A stretch of DNA of 63,401 nucleotides, counting the filler, from Parasitella parasitica NRRL 2501 (taxonomy: Eukaryota > Fungi > Mucoromycota): assembly GCA_025201805.1 (NCBI GenBank). It is 8 parts of 7 records of this genome, joined end to end, with 100 filler letters (N's around TTAATTAATTAA, not from the genome) between each part and the next. Parts side by side here need not be neighbours in the genome. Positions count along the whole stretch, not along the records: positions 62,316 to 63,401 come from MU619292.1; 7 more parts are not named here. The stretch is one strand, 5' to 3'. Position numbers and translations under genes: made by a program. Positions 62,316 to 63,401 of this stretch are shown one piece after another; position 1 is the stretch's first letter; each line of letters starts with the position of its first letter. Under the pieces are notes generated by a model that searched no databases, was not told the origin of the DNA, and worked only from the letters and a program-made list of their open reading frames with translations.

Positions 62316-63401
62316 TTGAAGGTGGCGATGCCAAGTCTCATAACATTGACGTTTTCTCTATCAAGGAAGAATTCAAGAAGACTGTAACCACTGAACTCTC
62401 TGTAGCCAAGGTCGAAGTTTATGAAGCTTCCAAATCCAATATTATCACAAAGGTTGAGGTTGGTCAAATTACTGGAGTTGCTGCTGGAATTGTTGAGGAA
62501 CCCAAAGATATGAAGTCTGTTGTCAAAGTCGTCGAGGGTGGCAAAAATACAACAATAGTCGGTGGTTCAGTTGCCTGGGTTGATGTGATTAACAATGAAT
62601 CTGTACCTGTCACTACCGATACTGGCGTAAAGGAAGCTACTTCCAAGACTGAAGGTGTTGGTGTCAGTGCAGTAGTTGATATCTCTGATACCAAGGTTGA
62701 CATTATTACCAAAGATTCCGACTCTGTTACGATTGTCAGTGATAAGGAGACTACCACTGTAACTGGTGCTATCGAAACTGGTTCAATTACGGCCGCAACT
62801 GTCGCTGGCGAGAAGGGTGCTGCTACCAAAGGCGAGATTGCTACTGTTGTTCTTTCTGATGATGGGGAAGTTGATCTCATTGTTCGTGATGGCACTAACA
62901 CGAACGTCTCCGCTATTTCTCAAGAGTCCAAGATTGTTGCTGCTGTAGAGGACACAAAATCTCTTGAGATCGGAAATACTTTGGAGGTAAAGAATCTTAC
63001 TAGCAAGACTACTGTCGCTGCTGGTGTAGCTGCCGGTGCGGTTGTTGGTGTTATCGCCGGCTCTGCTTCTCCCAAAGAGATATCTTCAAGTGTGGATGAT
63101 ACCAAAACTGTCAAGAACGAAACTTCTGTATCTATTATTAAATCTAGTGATTCTGAGGGTATTGCTCTTGACAAAATTCAAGGTGAAACTGTTGGTGAGA
63201 CTGATGTTGTTGTAGTGGCTGTTGGAGGAGAAAAGGTTGTATCTAATGTTAATACGGTTGTAGTCACCAAGGATAGCCATTTGTGTAAGTAGATTAATTT
63301 GTGTAATTGTTGAAATAACCTAATGCTGTCTTACAGATACTACTGAAGTTTGCACCAACTATGAAAAGGCTACTGAGTCTGTTAATGGCTGGTTTGCTCG
63401 C
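62316..63401 (+). CDS. Internal fragment of a large V/T/K/E-rich repetitive protein (partial at both ends)
   Basis: Open frame from the contig edge with strong codon bias, a GT-AG intron at about 63286-63337 and continuation ...EVCTNYEKATESVNGWFA. Confidence 0.7.

Noticed and set aside
1-63401. CRISPR array, rRNA or prokaryotic operons
   Set aside because: No regularly spaced repeat-spacer units or rRNA motifs were seen, and the genes are intron-containing and eukaryotic.

Overview
Eukaryotic fungal DNA, inferred to be Mucorales (Rhizopus-like) from the short ~45-70 nt GT-AG introns, low GC and the gene and TE families present. The window is not one contiguous locus. Seven identical 100-nt spacers (N44-TTAATTAATTAA-N44) join eight separate contigs, so adjacency across them carries no biological meaning. 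Positions 1-48 kb hold mostly intron-containing housekeeping genes: ISA1, SET2, an EDEM/MNL1 mannosidase, PAH1 lipin, EIF1AD, an aldo-keto reductase, a class-III aminotransferase, NOC4, a velvet-domain regulator and a head-to-head EngB/MnmE GTPase pair. The same region has two near-identical L1/Tx1-like LINE copies, a GTR1/RagA pseudogene and a decayed Fanzor/TnpB RuvC remnant. Positions 49-63 kb are small TE-rich contigs containing tRNA-Ser(GCU), solo LTRs, Tc1, chromovirus, DIRS and Ty3/gypsy fragments, plus an orphan secreted knottin-type peptide gene. All calls come from manual translation and motif recognition; no searches were run. Exon boundaries and some start codons are approximate.
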